DNA of 64,000 nt from an uncultured Gammaproteobacteria bacterium (lineage in GTDB: Bacteria; Pseudomonadota; Gammaproteobacteria; Steroidobacterales; Rariloculaceae). Position numbers and translations under genes: made by a program. The notes under the pieces are model-generated. The model searched no databases. It saw only the letters and a program-made list of their open reading frames with translations, and was not told where the DNA came from. Where the stretch lies: positions 2,485,285-2,549,284 of the forward strand of contig CAWAJM010000001.1 in the NCBI GenBank assembly GCA_963782445.1. The letters run 5' to 3'. Shown here piece after piece: positions 46,440 through 56,899 of the stretch; positions within the stretch are counted from its first letter, which is position 1; every line of letters begins with the position of its first letter.

Positions 46440-47786
46440 TTACATCCGCCCCGCGATGAGCATCGCGATCTCCATCGCCTGCTCGTAATTGAGCCGAGGA
46501 TCGACCTGCGTCTTGTACGCGCGCGCCAGATCCGACTCCTTGAGGCCGCGCGCCCCGCCGATGCATTCCGTGACGTTGTCGCCCGTGAGCTCGAGGTGCA
46601 CGCCGCCGAGGTAGCTGCCGGCCTCGCGATGGATGCGGAATGCGGCCTTGAGCTCGCCCAGGATATTGTCGAAGCGGCGCGTCTTGAAGCCCTCGGCCGT
46701 CGTCTCGGTGTTGCCGTGCATGGGATCGCAGACCCAGAGCACCTGCGAGCCCGTATTGCGGACGGCCTTGATGACGCGCGGCAAATGCTCCTCGACGTGC
46801 TTGACGCCGAAACGCGTGATCAGCGTCAGGCGCCCCGGCTCGTTGTTGGGGTTCAAGACATGGATGAGCCCCTGCAGATGCTCCGCGCTGACGCCCGTGC
46901 CGATCTTCACGGCCATTGGATTCGCAATGCCGCGGAAGTACTCGACGTGCGCGCCCGAGAGGTCGGCCGTGCGCATGCCAATCCAGGGATAGTGCGTCGT
47001 GAGGTTGTACCAGCGCTTGCGATGCGGCAGAAACCGGGTCTGAGCCTGCTCGTACGGAAGGTGCAGCCCTTCGTGCGAAGCATAGAAATTAACGCGGTGC
47101 GTGCGGTGCATGGGCTCGCCCGAGATCGCCTCGAAGAACTCGAGCGAATCGGAGACCTGCTTGACGAGCTCGTGGTATTCGGCGGCGGCCGGCGATTCGC
47201 CGACGAACCGCAGGTCCCAGTTCTCCGGATGGTGCAGGTCGGCGAAGCCGCCGTCGATAAGCGAGCGCACGAAGTTCAGCGTCAGCGCCGCCCGTTCGTA
47301 TCCGCGCAGCATGCGCTTCGGATCCGGCTCGCGGGCCTCGGGCGTGAACTCGTTGCCGTTGATCGTGTCGCCGCGATAGCTCGGCAGGGAGACGCCGTCG
47401 CGCGTCTCGTAGTCGGCGCTGCGCGGCTTCGCGTACTGGCCCGCCATGCGGCCGACGCGGATCAGGGGCTTCTTGAGACCCACGAGCATGACGAGCGACA
47501 TCTGCAGCAGAATCTTGAGCTGCTGGACGATGTTCTCCGAAGTGCACGCGTCGAAGCTCTCGGCGCAGTCCCCGCCCTGGAGCAGGAAGGCCTCGCCGCG
47601 CTGCGCGGCCGCGAGCTGCCCCTTGAGCGATTCGACCTCCCAGCTCGTCACGACCGGGGGCAGCGCCGAGAGCTGGGCCAGGGCCGTCGCGAGCGCGTTC
47701 GGGTCCCGATAGGTCGGCTGCTGGGCCGCCTCCCGGGTCTGCCAGCTGGCGGGATGCCAGCCCGTCGTGTGGGGGAGCTGCGTCAT
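46440..47786 (-). CDS. Class II DAHP synthase
   Basis: 'LLQGGDCAESF', 'GRMAGQYAKPRS', 'SYRGD', 'SHEGL', 'CDPMHGNT', 'GGVHLE', 'DPRLN'. Confidence 0.95.
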   Translation of the reverse strand: MTQLPHTTGWHPASWQTREAAQQPTYRDPNALATALAQLSALPPVVTSWEVESLKGQLAAAQRGEAFLLQGGDCAESFDACTSENIVQQLKILLQMSLVMLVGLKKPLIRVGRMAGQYAKPRSADYETRDGVSLPSYRGDTINGNEFTPEAREPDPKRMLRGYERAALTLNFVRSLIDGGFADLHHPENWDLRFVGESPAAAEYHELVKQVSDSLEFFEAISGEPMHRTHRVNFYASHEGLHLPYEQAQTRFLPHRKRWYNLTTHYPWIGMRTADLSGAHVEYFRGIANPMAVKIGTGVSAEHLQGLIHVLNPNNEPGRLTLITRFGVKHVEEHLPRVIKAVRNTGSQVLWVCDPMHGNTETTAEGFKTRRFDNILGELKAAFRIHREAGSYLGGVHLELTGDNVTECIGGARGLKESDLARAYKTQVDPRLNYEQAMEIAMLIAGRM

Positions 47787-47920
47787 GGCGCGCACTATAC
47801 AAACCGGTCTCCGGCAGTGCAAAAGCACGGCAGAAGCGTGGCCGAGCCCCACGCGGCGAGGCTTGCCTCACGCTACGGCGCGCATTACTCGGCCGGACTC
47901 CTGGGGTATGATGCCGTACG

Positions 47921-49381
47921 ATGGTCTCACGGTTTCGCCTGCCCCGTCCCCGGGGACGAGCCGCCATGCTGGCCGCAGCCGCCGCGGCCGCGCTGCTGGC
48001 AGCGGCCGGCGTCGGCGCTCAGCGCGGTGCCGCCCGGGGCCCGCCCCCCGGGCACGAGCGCCCGACCGTACTGCTGCTTTCGCTGCAGGATGCCATCGGC
48101 CCCGCGACGGCCGACTACGTCACGCGCGGGATCGCCCGGGCCGAGGCCCACCGCGACGCGCTCGTGGTGCTTGCGCTCGATACGCCCGGCGGCCTCGATA
48201 CGGCGATGCGGCGCATCGTTCAGGCGATCCTGACCTCGACGGTGCCCGTCGCCACCTTCGTTTATCCGCCCGGTGCGCGCGCCGCGAGCGCCGGCACCTA
48301 CATTCTCTATGCGAGCCATGTCGCGGCCATGGCGCCGGCGACGAACGTCGGCGCGGCCACCCCCGTCCAACTCGTCGGGGCCTCCGCCCCGTCGCCCCCC
48401 GGCACCGACGGTGAGCAGCCCTCCGCGGGCGGCGGCTCAGGCGCCCCCGCGCCGCGCTCGACGGAAGAGCGCAAGGTCATCAACGACGCCGCCGCCTATA
48501 TCCGCAGTCTGGCCGAAAGACGCGGCCGCAATGCCGAATGGGCGGAGGAAGCGGTGCGCTCCGCCGCGAGCCTTACGGCCAAGGCCGCGCTCGACAAGCA
48601 CGTCGTCAACGTCGTAGCCGAGGACGTACCGAGCCTGCTGCGCCAGATCGACGGCATGAGCGTCTCGCTGCCGGAAGGCACCGCGACGCTGAACACGCAG
48701 GGCGCCAACGTCGAGCGCTTCGAGCCGAACTGGCGAACTCGCCTGCTCGCCGTGCTCAGCAACCCGACGATCGCCTACATTCTGCTGCTCGTCGGTCTCT
48801 ACGGCCTGCTGCTCGAAGGCCTGCATCCCGGAGGCGTGCTGCCCGGCGTGCTCGGCGGCATCGCGCTGCTGCTCGCGCTGTTCGCCTTCCAGATCCTGCC
48901 CGTCAATTACGCCGGGCTCGGGCTCATCGTGCTCGGCGTCGTCCTCATGGTCGCCGAGGCCTTCGTGCCGAGCTTCGGCGCACTCGGCTTCGGCGGCATC
49001 GCCGCCTTCGTGCTGGGCTCCGTGATCCTCATGGACAAGAACGTGCCCGGCTACGAGATCTCGCGTTCGCTGATCGTCGCGCTCGCGACGGCGGGCGGCC
49101 TTGCCGTGCTCGGCACGGCCTGGCTCGCCGTGCGGGCGCGCCAGCGGCCGATCGTGAGCGGCGCCGAGGAACTCACGCACGAACCCGCCGCGGCGCTCGA
49201 AGACTTCGACACCGAGGGCGCCGTTTGGATTCACGGCGAGCGCTGGCGCGCGTGCACGAGCGTCCCGATTCGCAAGGGCCAGCAACTCCGCGTCACGAAG
49301 GTCGAAGGGCTCCTCCTGCACGTCGAGCCTGCGGACGCGGCCGTGCCTCAGAGAACGAGTCGGACCGCGAAGCGCCCCTGA
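47921..49381 (+). CDS. nfeD: NfeD family membrane-bound serine protease
   Basis: 'LDTPGGL', 'RAASAG', 'K..NDAAAY'; TM bundle and C-terminal OB-fold 'GERWRA'; paired with an SPFH gene. Confidence 0.92.
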   Translation: MVSRFRLPRPRGRAAMLAAAAAAALLAAAGVGAQRGAARGPPPGHERPTVLLLSLQDAIGPATADYVTRGIARAEAHRDALVVLALDTPGGLDTAMRRIVQAILTSTVPVATFVYPPGARAASAGTYILYASHVAAMAPATNVGAATPVQLVGASAPSPPGTDGEQPSAGGGSGAPAPRSTEERKVINDAAAYIRSLAERRGRNAEWAEEAVRSAASLTAKAALDKHVVNVVAEDVPSLLRQIDGMSVSLPEGTATLNTQGANVERFEPNWRTRLLAVLSNPTIAYILLLVGLYGLLLEGLHPGGVLPGVLGGIALLLALFAFQILPVNYAGLGLIVLGVVLMVAEAFVPSFGALGFGGIAAFVLGSVILMDKNVPGYEISRSLIVALATAGGLAVLGTAWLAVRARQRPIVSGAEELTHEPAAALEDFDTEGAVWIHGERWRACTSVPIRKGQQLRVTKVEGLLLHVEPADAAVPQRTSRTAKRP

Positions 49382-49429
49382 GACGTCGAGGGCGGACAAG
49401 CTTCTGAAGCGAAAGAGGACAAGGTAGCT

Positions 49430-50182
49430 ATGGTGGGAATCGAAGTACCGATCATCCTGGGAGGCATACTCGTTCTGCTGCTGTTCAGCGCGATCCGCGT
49501 GCTGCCCGAGTTTCAGCGCGGGGTAGTGTTTCAGCTCGGCCGTTTCTGGAAGGTCAAAGGGCCGGGCCTCGTCCTCGTGATCCCCGGCATTCAGCGGCTC
49601 GTGCGGGTAGACCTGCGGACCGTCGTCATGGACGTGCCGACTCAGGACGTCATTTCGCGCGACAACGTCTCCGTCAAGGTCAGTGCCGTGATCTATTTCC
49701 GCGTCGTCGATCCCGAACGGGCGATCATCCAGATCGAGAATCGGGTCGAGGCGACGAGCCAGCTCGCGCAGACGACGCTGCGCTCCGTGCTGGGGCAACA
49801 CGATCTCGACGACATGCTGGCCGAGCGAGACAAGCTCAATGTCGACATTCAGACCATCCTCGATTCGTCGACGGAAGCCTGGGGCATCAAGGTCACGATC
49901 GTCGAGATCAAGGACGTCGACCTCGACGAGAGCATGGTGCGCGCGATCGCCGCGCAGGCCGAGGCCGAACGCGCGCGGCGCGCCAAGGTCATTCGCGCGG
50001 AAGGCGAGTTTCAGGCCTCCAAGCGGCTCGCCGAAGCCGCGGGCGTGCTGGCCGCTCAGCCGCAGGGCATGCAGCTGCGTTTCCTGCAGACGCTGACGGA
50101 GGTCTCGAACGAGCGCAACTCGCACACGGTCGTGCTGCCGATTCCGATCGACCTCATTGGCTCGCTCCTGGGCAAGGAGTGA
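49430..50182 (+). CDS. SPFH / band-7 (slipin, stomatin-like) protein
   Basis: 'RGVVFQLGR', '[11 protein letters not shown]', '[10 protein letters not shown]', 'QAEAER', 'QLRFLQTL'. Confidence 0.93.
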   Translation: MVGIEVPIILGGILVLLLFSAIRVLPEFQRGVVFQLGRFWKVKGPGLVLVIPGIQRLVRVDLRTVVMDVPTQDVISRDNVSVKVSAVIYFRVVDPERAIIQIENRVEATSQLAQTTLRSVLGQHDLDDMLAERDKLNVDIQTILDSSTEAWGIKVTIVEIKDVDLDESMVRAIAAQAEAERARRAKVIRAEGEFQASKRLAEAAGVLAAQPQGMQLRFLQTLTEVSNERNSHTVVLPIPIDLIGSLLGKE

Positions 50183-50186
50183 CCAA

Positions 50187-50240
50187 AAAAAGGGGTCAGA
50201 GCCCTTTTTCGGCTCCGAAAAAGGGCTCTGACCCCTTTTT
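50187..50240. repeat. REP-like inverted doublet; probable bidirectional terminator
   Basis: Perfect 26-bp arms AAAAAGGGGTCAGAGCCCTTTTTCGG / CCGAAAAAGGGCTCTGACCCCTTTTT with a 2-nt spacer, between convergent genes. Confidence 0.85.
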
Positions 50241-50241
50241 C

Positions 50242-53200
50242 TTACTCCTTACCCATCGCACGCCGCCAGGCCTCCTCGAGCCGCTTCGCCGAGACGGGCC
50301 GCCGCGTGCCGAGCGCTTGCGCGAACAGCGAGACCCTGAGCTCCTCGAGCAGCCAGCGGTACTCGACGACGGCATCGGGCCAGGGCCAGTTCGGGGGCTG
50401 GCGGCTGCGCCAGACGTCGAGCCGCGCGGCCGCCTGCGCGACGGCCGCCTGGTGCTCCGCGTCCTTGGGCGCGCGCTGGCCGAGCTTCTCGAGCCGCTGC
50501 GCAGCCGCCCGCAGGTAGCGCGGCAGCTGCACGCGCCACTCGGGCGGCGTCTCGGTCAGGAAGTGCGGATGGACGAGCCCGTCGAGCTGCGCGCCGATGT
50601 CGTCGAGCGCGCGCTCGGGCACCGCGCCGCGCGCGGCGCGCTCGAGACGCCGCACGAGATCGCGGTAAGGCGGCAGCACTTCGCGTAGCAGGCCGCCGAG
50701 GTGCTCCGCGGCCGGAACGAGGCCGGCGCGCCCCGCGTCGAGGCAAGCAGCGAAGGCCCGCGCCGTGCGCGGCGGCGGGTCGAGCGCGAAGGCTTCATCT
50801 GCCGCCGCCGTGAGCACGTCGTCGACGAGCGCCTCGCCCGGGCCGATGCCGTGATAAGACAGCACGAGCGCACGATCCCCGAGCACGCTGCGGCGCACGA
50901 GCTCGGCCTGCTGCGGCAGGTTCTTGAGCAGGAGCCGGCGCACGCCGGCACGGTGCAGCGCGACGGCCGCAGGGCCCGGCGGCAGGAGGCGAAGGTCCAC
51001 GCGCCCGTCCGCCTCGACGAGCGCGGGATAGAGCGCCAGCGAGGCCGAATAGTCGCGGACCACCACACTGTCCGGCAGATCCGGCACGTCCCAGCGCGTC
51101 ACGTTCTTGCGCATCCAGCCGCTGCCCGGCCCTTCCGCCGCCGCGTTGCGTGTCTCGGCCGCCGCACCGAGATCGGCCGCAAACCGCCGCTGCAGAGCGG
51201 GCAGGTCCCTCCCCGCACCGAGCACTCGCCCGTCGGCACCGAGGACCTCGACGCGCAGTCGGTACTCGCGCGGAATCGCGGCAGCCGCGAACGTCCTCGC
51301 GTCGAGCTCGGCGCCGCGACGCAGCGCGAGCGCCTCGGCGAGCGCGGCCGCGAGACTCTCGCGGCCGCGGCGCGCCTCGAGATCCGGCAACAGCTCGGCG
51401 ACCGTGTCCGGCAGCGGCACGAGCCGCCGCCTCTGCTCCTTGGGCAGGGTCCGGAGCCATGCCGTGACCTTGGCCGGCAACCAGCCCGGCACGAGCCACT
51501 CGAGCGGCTCCGGACGCAGCGCGCCGAGCAGCGGCAGCGGTACCGCGAGCGTGAGGCCGTCGCGCTCGGAGGCCGGATCGAAGACGTAGCTCAGCGCGAG
51601 CCGGTGACCGGCGACCTCGATATCGTCCGGATAGGCCGAGGCATCGAACTCGGCCGGATCGCGCGTGGCGATGTCCTGCACGCTCATCTCGAGGCGGGCC
51701 GCATTCTCGGGCCGCCGCACCCAGCGGCGCAGCGCCGCGCGGTCCGCAATCTCCGCCGGCAGACGCGAGGTATAGAACTGCTCGAAAGCGCGTGGACCGG
51801 CGAACAGATCCCGCGAGCGCCGCCGCGCCTCCCATTCGAGCAGCTCGTCGCGCAGCCGCCGGTTGTGCGCGAGGAACGGCAAACGCTCGCCGAGCTCGTC
51901 GGCGGCGAGCGCCTCGCGGATGAACAACTCGCGCGCGGCCGCCCGATCGATGCAGCCGAAATCGACGCGCCGGTCGCGCGCGAGCACGAGCCCGTGCAGC
52001 GAGACGACCTCGAGCGCGGTGACCCGGCCGCGCCGCCGATCCCAGGCGGGCTCGCGATACTCGCGCTTGAGCAGATGCGCGGCGGCATCCATGACCCAGG
52101 CCGGCTTGATCTGCGCGGCCGTGCGCAGGTAGACGCGCTCGGTCGCGACGCGCTCCGCCGCGACGATCCACCGCGGCCGGCGCTTTGCGAGCGCGCTGCC
52201 CGGAAACAGCCCCGCCCGCGCCTGCTGCATGCCCTCGTAAACGCCGCGATCGGTGTGCTCGGCGACGAAGTCGACGAAACCCGCGAGCACCGCCCGGTGC
52301 ACGGCCTCGTAGCTCGCGTCGCCGCGCCCGACGCGCCAGCCGAGCCCGAGCGCAAGCTCCTTGAGCTGATGGTGGACGTCGTCCCATTCGCGAAAGCGCG
52401 TGGACGAAAGGAAGCGGGCCGCACACCATTTCCGGAACACCTTCTCGCCGCGCCGGCGCTCGGCGGAGTAGGCCCGCCAGAGGTTGAGCCGGGTGACGAA
52501 GTCCGAGCGCGCGTCGTTGAACTCGGCCTGGCGCTCGCGTGCCGTGCCGAGCTGCTCGGCCGGCTGCTCGCGCGGATCGACGACGCTGAGCGCGGCCGCG
52601 ATGACGAGCCCCTCGCGTAACGCGCCGCCGCGCTCGGCCACCTGCAGCAGACGTGCGAGGCGCGGGTCGAGCGGCAGCCGCGCCATGAGGGCGCCGTCCG
52701 GGGTCAGGCGGCGCTCCGCATCCATGGCGCCGAGCAGGTGCAGCAGGCGATACGCGTCGTTGACGGCCCGCGTCGGCGGGGGGTCGATGAACGGAAAATC
52801 GTCGACGTGACCGAGCCGCAAGGCCTCGAGCCGCAGAATGACGCCCGCAAGGTCCGTGCGCAGGATCTCGGGCTCCATGAAGTCCGCGCGGCCCCCGAAA
52901 TCCCGTTCGTCGTAGAGACGGATACAAACGCCGGGCGCGAGCCGCCCGCAGCGGCCGGCACGCTGCACGGCGCTGGCCTTGGCAACGGGCTCCACGCCGA
53001 GCGACTGCATGCGGTGTCGGGGCGAGTAGCGGCTCACGCGCGCGAGCCCGGAATCGACGACGAACCGAATGCGCGGCACCGTCAGCGAGGTCTCGGCGAC
53101 GTTCGTGGCCAGCACGACGCGCGGCGCGGGACCCGGCTCGAACACGCGATGCTGCCGCGCGGCCGTGAGACGCGCGTAGAGCGGCAGGATCTCGTACCCG

Positions 53201-54150
53201 GCCGGGCCTGCGGCCTTGAGCTCGCGCTCGGCGTCCCGAATCCAGCGCTCGCCGGGCAAGAACACGAGTGCATCGCGCGCGCGCCCGCCGCCGTGCTCGG
53301 CCAGATCGACGCCCGCGAGCTCGCGGACGGCGGCCGTCACAGCCTGCGGCAGATCCTCGTCCCTGCCCGGCGGCCGGTAGCGCAGCTCCACGGGAAAGCT
53401 GCGCCCCTCGATCCGCAGGATCGGAGCGCCGCCGAAGTGCGCGGCGAAGCGCTCGGGGTCGATCGTCGCCGAGGTCACGACGACTTTGAGGTCGGGCCGC
53501 TCGGTCGCGAGCCGCTGCAGATAGCCCAGCAGGAAATCGATATTGAGACTGCGCTCGTGGGCCTCGTCGACGATGAGCGTGTCGTAGCGGCGCAGGAAGC
53601 GGTCGTGCCGGATCTCGTTGAGCAGGATGCCGTCGGTCATGACCTTGACCAGCGAGCCGGGGTCGGTCTCCTCCGTGAAGCGCACCTGATAGCCCACGGT
53701 GCCGCCGAGCGGCACGCCGAGCTCCTCGGCGAGGCGCGTCGCGACCGCGCGCGCGGCGATCCGCCGAGGCTGCGTGTGCCCGATCGTTCCCGCAATGCCC
53801 CGCCCGGCCTCGAGACACAGCTTCGGCAGCTGCGTCGTCTTGCCGCTGCCCGTGTCGCCGCAGACGACGATGACGCGGTGCGCAGCGAGGGCGGCGAGGA
53901 TCTCGGCACGCGCACGCGAGACGGGCAGCGCCTGCGGATACTCGAGCGTATAGCGCGCCGTGCGCCGTTTCTCGATCAGTGCCTCGGCCTCGGCGAGCCG
54001 GGCCTCGAGCTTGCCGCGCAGGACCGAGGCCGGCAGCCCGCCGCGCTCGCGGCGCGCCACGGCGGCCTGCAGCCGCGCGAGGTCGGCTCGATCGGCCAGC
54101 GCGACCGACGCGATGCGCGCGGCCAGCGCCTCGTCGCCCGCCGCGCTCAA
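50242..54150 (-). CDS. hrpA: ATP-dependent RNA helicase HrpA
   Basis: 'GDTGSGKTTQLPK', 'TQPRRIAAR', 'DEAHERS', 'SAT', 'TNVAETSLT', 'QRAGRCGR'; C-terminal 'LEELRVSLFAQ'. Confidence 0.95.
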   Translation of the reverse strand: MSAAGDEALAARIASVALADRADLARLQAAVARRERGGLPASVLRGKLEARLAEAEALIEKRRTARYTLEYPQALPVSRARAEILAALAAHRVIVVCGDTGSGKTTQLPKLCLEAGRGIAGTIGHTQPRRIAARAVATRLAEELGVPLGGTVGYQVRFTEETDPGSLVKVMTDGILLNEIRHDRFLRRYDTLIVDEAHERSLNIDFLLGYLQRLATERPDLKVVVTSATIDPERFAAHFGGAPILRIEGRSFPVELRYRPPGRDEDLPQAVTAAVRELAGVDLAEHGGGRARDALVFLPGERWIRDAERELKAAGPAGYEILPLYARLTAARQHRVFEPGPAPRVVLATNVAETSLTVPRIRFVVDSGLARVSRYSPRHRMQSLGVEPVAKASAVQRAGRCGRLAPGVCIRLYDERDFGGRADFMEPEILRTDLAGVILRLEALRLGHVDDFPFIDPPPTRAVNDAYRLLHLLGAMDAERRLTPDGALMARLPLDPRLARLLQVAERGGALREGLVIAAALSVVDPREQPAEQLGTARERQAEFNDARSDFVTRLNLWRAYSAERRRGEKVFRKWCAARFLSSTRFREWDDVHHQLKELALGLGWRVGRGDASYEAVHRAVLAGFVDFVAEHTDRGVYEGMQQARAGLFPGSALAKRRPRWIVAAERVATERVYLRTAAQIKPAWVMDAAAHLLKREYREPAWDRRRGRVTALEVVSLHGLVLARDRRVDFGCIDRAAARELFIREALAADELGERLPFLAHNRRLRDELLEWEARRRSRDLFAGPRAFEQFYTSRLPAEIADRAALRRWVRRPENAARLEMSVQDIATRDPAEFDASAYPDDIEVAGHRLALSYVFDPASERDGLTLAVPLPLLGALRPEPLEWLVPGWLPAKVTAWLRTLPKEQRRRLVPLPDTVAELLPDLEARRGRESLAAALAEALALRRGAELDARTFAAAAIPREYRLRVEVLGADGRVLGAGRDLPALQRRFAADLGAAAETRNAAAEGPGSGWMRKNVTRWDVPDLPDSVVVRDYSASLALYPALVEADGRVDLRLLPPGPAAVALHRAGVRRLLLKNLPQQAELVRRSVLGDRALVLSYHGIGPGEALVDDVLTAAADEAFALDPPPRTARAFAACLDAGRAGLVPAAEHLGGLLREVLPPYRDLVRRLERAARGAVPERALDDIGAQLDGLVHPHFLTETPPEWRVQLPRYLRAAAQRLEKLGQRAPKDAEHQAAVAQAAARLDVWRSRQPPNWPWPDAVVEYRWLLEELRVSLFAQALGTRRPVSAKRLEEAWRRAMGKE

Positions 54151-55625
54151 GCCGCGCCTTCCGGCCGGACCGCTCGCTCGCGCTCCCGTCCGCGCCGGCC
54201 CTCCGGCCCGTCGGCCTCCGAACCGCCGTCAGAACCGCCCTCCCTATCCCCCGGCCGCCCTTCCATGCCCGCCCGGCCGAGCTCGACGCGCAGCTCGGCG
54301 CCGCCGAGCGCCGAACGGCCCACTGCGAGACGGCCGCCATAGAGTTCCACCGTCTCGCGGACCACGGCGAGGCCGATACCCTGCCCCGGCACCGACTCGT
54401 CGGCGCGTGCGCCGCGCTCGAGCAGCCGCTGCGCCTGTTCGGGGTCGATGCCCGCGCCGTCGTCGCCGATGGCGATCTCGAGCCGGCCGCCGCGCGTGTC
54501 GGCCTGGATCTCGACACGCTCGCGGCAATACTTGTATGCGTTATCGAGCAAGTTGCCGAGCAGCTCGGTCAGGTCGCCGGGATCGCCCCGAAAGACGGCA
54601 TCCTCGGCCACGCGCCGCCGGCAGACAACGCGCTTGTCCCGGTACACCTTGTTTAGCGTCTCGACGAGATCGCGCACGATCGGCCCGACGGCGACGGGTT
54701 CGACGCCGAGCCCGGTCGCCCCGCTGGCCCGCGCGCGGCGCAGCTGATAGGAGACGCGCTGATCCATGCGCGCGAGCTCGCGGCGCAGCGCCGCCGCGGA
54801 CTGGCCCTCGCCCGGCGATTCGGAGAGCAGGCTTTGCATGGCCGCGAGCGGCGTCTTGAGGCTGTGCGCGAGATCGTCGAGGGTGTTGCGGTAGCGCACG
54901 AGCCGGCGCCGCTCCGTCTCGATGAGCGCGTTGAGGTTGGCCGCGAGGCCCGTGAGCTCGGCCGGGTAGGCGCCCGTGAGCCGCAGCCGGCGGCCGGCCT
55001 CGACTTCGCGCACCTGCCGCTCGAGCCTGCGCAGCGGCCGCAGGACCCAGCGTAGCAGCCCCGTGAGCACGGCGAGCATGAGCAGCGTGACGCCGGCGAA
55101 CCAGCCGATGAGGTTGCGGCGGTAGGACCGCTCGCGCGCAAAGTACGGCTCGAGCGAGACGGCCACGCCGAAGTCATAGGCGCGCGGCGGAGCGTCGCTC
55201 GAGAACTCCCAAGTAATGCCCATGACCAGCGCCTCGAGCGGCGGGAAACCCTTCGGATGCAGCGTTACGTAGCGCTGCTCGCCGGGCGCCGGCAGCGGCC
55301 CGACGGCCAACGTGCGGTTTAGCATGGATTGCGACTGCCAAAGCGGTCGGCCGTCCGCATACCAGAGCATGCCGTAGAGCCCGGAATCGGCCACTTGATA
55401 CTGGGGATTGTCGACTTCGGGCGGCATCGCGAGGTCACCGCCGGGAGTCGGGTCCGCGAGACCGATGAGCCCGAGCAGTTGCACCTGAAGCAGCTCGTGG
55501 CGGGCGAGCTCCGTGCTGCGCCGAAATGCGAGATCGAGACCGGCGATCGTCACGGCGAAGAGCACGATCAGCGTAACGCTGATCCATAGCAGCACTCGCG
55601 CGCGAAGGGAGCGGACGAGCGCCAC
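54147..55625 (-). CDS. phoQ: PhoQ-like sensor histidine kinase
   Basis: Two TM segments, HAMP, 'RYRNTLDDLAHSLKTPLA', 'GNLLDNAYKY', 'DDGAGI', 'GQGIGL'. Confidence 0.8.
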   Translation of the reverse strand: MALVRSLRARVLLWISVTLIVLFAVTIAGLDLAFRRSTELARHELLQVQLLGLIGLADPTPGGDLAMPPEVDNPQYQVADSGLYGMLWYADGRPLWQSQSMLNRTLAVGPLPAPGEQRYVTLHPKGFPPLEALVMGITWEFSSDAPPRAYDFGVAVSLEPYFARERSYRRNLIGWFAGVTLLMLAVLTGLLRWVLRPLRRLERQVREVEAGRRLRLTGAYPAELTGLAANLNALIETERRRLVRYRNTLDDLAHSLKTPLAAMQSLLSESPGEGQSAAALRRELARMDQRVSYQLRRARASGATGLGVEPVAVGPIVRDLVETLNKVYRDKRVVCRRRVAEDAVFRGDPGDLTELLGNLLDNAYKYCRERVEIQADTRGGRLEIAIGDDGAGIDPEQAQRLLERGARADESVPGQGIGLAVVRETVELYGGRLAVGRSALGGAELRVELGRAGMEGRPGDREGGSDGGSEADGPEGRRGRERERAVRPEGAA

Positions 55626-55628
55626 CGC

Positions 55629-56339
55629 TCAGGCCGGTTGCGGGCCCGCGGCGTCTCCGGGCACCCCGCGCGGCAGGGTCAGGCGATAGCCGCGGCCGCG
55701 CAGCGTCTCGATGGGCTTGCGGACGCCGTCCGGATCGAGCTTTCGGCGCAGCCGCCCGACGAAGACCTCGATGACGTTGCTGTCGCGCTCGAAGTCCTCG
55801 TCGTAGAGCGCCTCGGTGATCTGCGTCTTCGAGACGACCTCGCCGGCGTGCAGCATGAGGTACTCGAGCAGCTTGTACTCGAAGCCCGTGAGCTCGAGCG
55901 GCGTGCCGTCGAGGGTGACCTGCTGGGCCCGCGTATCGAGCGTAACAGGGCCGCAAACGAGCGCGGACTGCGCCCAGCCGCCGGCCCTGCGCACGAGCGC
56001 ATCGACGCGCGCGAGCAGCTCCTCGACGTGGAAAGGCTTGACGACATAGTCGTCCGCGCCGAGTTTCAGCGCCTCGACCTTGTCCTGCCAGCGGTCGCGG
56101 GCCGTGAGCACGAGGACCGGCAAGTCCTTGCCCTCGGCGCGCAACGCGCGAATGACCTCGACACCCGAGAGCTTCGGCAGACCGAGGTCGACGATGGCGA
56201 CATCGACGGGATATTCGCGGGCTAAGTAAAGTCCTTCGTCCCCGTCCTCGGCGCGCTGGACGTGGTAGCCGGCTCGCTCGAGCTGGGCCGCGAGCGAGCG
56301 CGCGAGCGTCGCATCATCCTCTAGGAGCAGGAGGCGCAT
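55629..56339 (-). CDS. phoP: PhoP-like OmpR-family response regulator
   Basis: 'LLEDD', 'VDLGLP', 'LTARDRWQDKVE', 'KPF', 'RDSNVIEVFVGRLRRKL', 'TLRGRGY'. Confidence 0.82.
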   Translation of the reverse strand: MRLLLLEDDATLARSLAAQLERAGYHVQRAEDGDEGLYLAREYPVDVAIVDLGLPKLSGVEVIRALRAEGKDLPVLVLTARDRWQDKVEALKLGADDYVVKPFHVEELLARVDALVRRAGGWAQSALVCGPVTLDTRAQQVTLDGTPLELTGFEYKLLEYLMLHAGEVVSKTQITEALYDEDFERDSNVIEVFVGRLRRKLDPDGVRKPIETLRGRGYRLTLPRGVPGDAAGPQPA

Positions 56340-56361
56340 AGCGAATGTCCGGGGGAGCGGT

Positions 56362-56760
56362 TCACAGGAAGGCGCCGGTCTCGGCATCGATGCGCACGGT
56401 ATGCACGCGGCCGTCCGGTCCCAGGATGCGGATCTCGTAGACCGTGCGCCCGCCCTGCTTCACGGTCTCTGCGCGCACGACGCGGCCCTTGTAGCGGCGC
56501 TGAGCCCGCGCCGTCGCCTGCGCGAGCGTCAGGCGACCGCGCTGCGCCGCATAGGCTGCAGGCGGCGCGGCGCCCCGCACCTCGAGCGCGGGCGCGCGAA
56601 CGCGAGCGGCTGCATAGTCCGGAACGGCCAAGGCCGCCGCACACGCGAACGCGGCCGTCCAGGCGACGGCCCAAGCGGCGGCAGCGGCCCTCGCGGGGCG
56701 GCCGTTCAACGTCCGTGCCGCGGCCGCGCCGCGCGGGTCTCGCAAGGCTTTTCGCTTCAC
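56362..56760 (-). CDS. PepSY-domain exported protein
   Basis: 'LTLAQA...GRVVRAE...VYEIRIL..DGRV..VRIDAETG'; start approximate (GTG at 56760). Confidence 0.75.
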   Translation of the reverse strand: MKRKALRDPRGAAAARTLNGRPARAAAAAWAVAWTAAFACAAALAVPDYAAARVRAPALEVRGAAPPAAYAAQRGRLTLAQATARAQRRYKGRVVRAETVKQGGRTVYEIRILGPDGRVHTVRIDAETGAFL

Positions 56761-56899
56761 GCTCGGATTCCGACTCGGGTATCTGTAAAGGGACCACGGT
56801 TTCGATTTCGAAGCTTGGATAGCGGCATCGGCTTCGTCAAGGCGTCGGCGCGGACGCGGTCCGCGCCGACGCTCTCCTGGCTCATCGTCGCAATCGACG

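Noticed and set aside
47921..50182. NfeD-SPFH pair as a new system
   Set aside because: A well-known, widespread gene pair.
50795..54517. Very long alternative-frame or antisense ORFs (e.g. 1240 aa here; also 27331-29781, 46128-48233)
   Set aside because: Arg/Ala/Gly-rich shadow ORFs expected at this GC content; they overlap well-supported genes and carry no motifs.
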